The notes beneath the pieces were generated by a model. That model had not been told where the DNA came from. It saw only the letters and a program-made list of their open reading frames with translations, and did no database searches. Position numbers and translations under genes: made by a program. DNA of 32,000 nucleotides from contig CAKUIA010000014.1 of assembly GCA_934660865.1 (NCBI GenBank), positions 30,001 through 62,000 of the forward strand, written 5' to 3'. Of the stretch, positions 31,498 through 32,000 are shown one piece after another (position 1 is the stretch's first letter; each line of letters starts with the position of its first letter). Source of the stretch: an uncultured Opitutales bacterium. GTDB lineage: Bacteria; Verrucomicrobiota; Verrucomicrobiia; Opitutales; Intestinicryptomonadaceae.

Positions 31498-32000
31498 ATG
31501 AAAAAGTCTTGGAGCATTTGCGTTGGAAACAAAACCCATAATTTCCACTCTTTAAAGGAGCTAATGGCAAAGGCGTCGCCCCTGCGCTCGGGCGACGTGC
31601 TTGCGAAAGTTGCCGCCGCCGACTACGAAGAAAGGGTTGCAGCCCAAATGTGTCTGGCCGACGTTCCGCTTGAAATGTTCCTTACAGAGCCGTTAATTCC
31701 ATACGAAAAAGACGAAATTACGCGCCTTATTTTAGACCGCCACAACAAAGAGGCTTTCAAGCCTATTTCGTCGTTTACCGTGGGCGAGTTTAGAGACTGG
31801 CTGCTGCGCTACGAAACCGACGGCAAGGTTTTAGAGGAAATCACTTGGGGGCTAACCCCCGAAATGGTTGCGGCAGTCTCTAAAATTATGGGCAACCAAG
31901 ACTTGATTTTAGTGGCTTCCAAACGCCAGGTTATAACAAAGTTTAGGGACACCATAGGCCTAAAGGGCAGGTTTTCGTCTAGGCTGCAGCCGAACGACCC
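31498..32000 (+). CDS. eutB: Ethanolamine ammonia-lyase large subunit, N-terminal part (continues past the window end)
   Basis: Absent from the ORF track (no stop inside the window). My translation from the ATG at 31498 begins MKKSWSICVGNKTHNFHSLKELMAKASPLRSGDVLAKVAAADYEERVAAQ. It continues ...TRLILD...GLTPEMVAAVSKIM...SSRLQPND. It is colinear with E. coli EutB as I recall it (MKLKTTLFGNVYQF...LAKANELRSGDVLAGVAAASSQERVAAK...ARLQPND). Confidence 0.92.
   Translation, partial: MKKSWSICVGNKTHNFHSLKELMAKASPLRSGDVLAKVAAADYEERVAAQMCLADVPLEMFLTEPLIPYEKDEITRLILDRHNKEAFKPISSFTVGEFRDWLLRYETDGKVLEEITWGLTPEMVAAVSKIMGNQDLILVASKRQVITKFRDTIGLKGRFSSRLQPND

Noticed and set aside
1-32000. Scan for CRISPR arrays, IS/transposase or integrase genes, phage or defence-system genes, toxin-antitoxin pairs, and rRNA/tRNA genes.
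   Set aside because: No regularly spaced direct repeats were seen and no recombinase-like ORFs. All sizeable ORFs are accounted for by the metabolic, envelope and housekeeping genes listed above. The only repeats are short regulatory-scale elements.

Overview
Chromosomal segment of a diderm, probably anaerobic, glycan-degrading bacterium. GC looks moderate by eye, promoters look sigma70-like, and Shine-Dalgarno sequences are largely absent. I cannot assign a phylum from the sequence alone. About 30 genes are supported. Housekeeping genes: frd/sdh flavoprotein (partial) and dihaem cytochrome b, an M24 peptidase, a DUF192 / small membrane protein / mnmE operon, tig-clpP-clpX, an mtaB-like methylthiotransferase, upp and a Na/Pi cotransporter. 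Envelope and glycan genes: FadL-type porin, SGNH esterase + GH43, alpha/beta esterase + GH97, two tandem GT8 genes plus a third glycosyltransferase, and a GH78-like hydrolase. Two accessory modules stand out. (1) A tight minus-strand operon (about 22215-25721) encodes two small proteins and an atypical P1B-type ATPase. All three carry a cysteine-less HMA-like domain with an H-x-x-x-G-R-x-R motif. The ATPase has Ser-Cys-Gly where the canonical CPC metal site sits. A YtxH-like membrane/coiled-coil protein follows. Upstream lie a duplicated promoter element and a Fur-box-like palindrome. I read this as a ferrosome (fez)-like or otherwise undescribed iron/metal-handling system; it is the best candidate for something new here. 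(2) A PduO-type corrinoid adenosyltransferase is followed by a sigma54-type promoter, a TRAP transporter (dctPQM-like) and eutB. eutB runs off the window edge and is missing from the ORF track. This suggests TRAP-mediated ethanolamine uptake feeding B12-dependent ethanolamine ammonia-lyase. Smaller observations: a dual TGAAC-N4-GTTCA operator at the fadL-like promoter, a structured T9-containing upp leader, and several promoters that abut start codons. I saw no CRISPR arrays, tRNA/rRNA genes or mobile elements.
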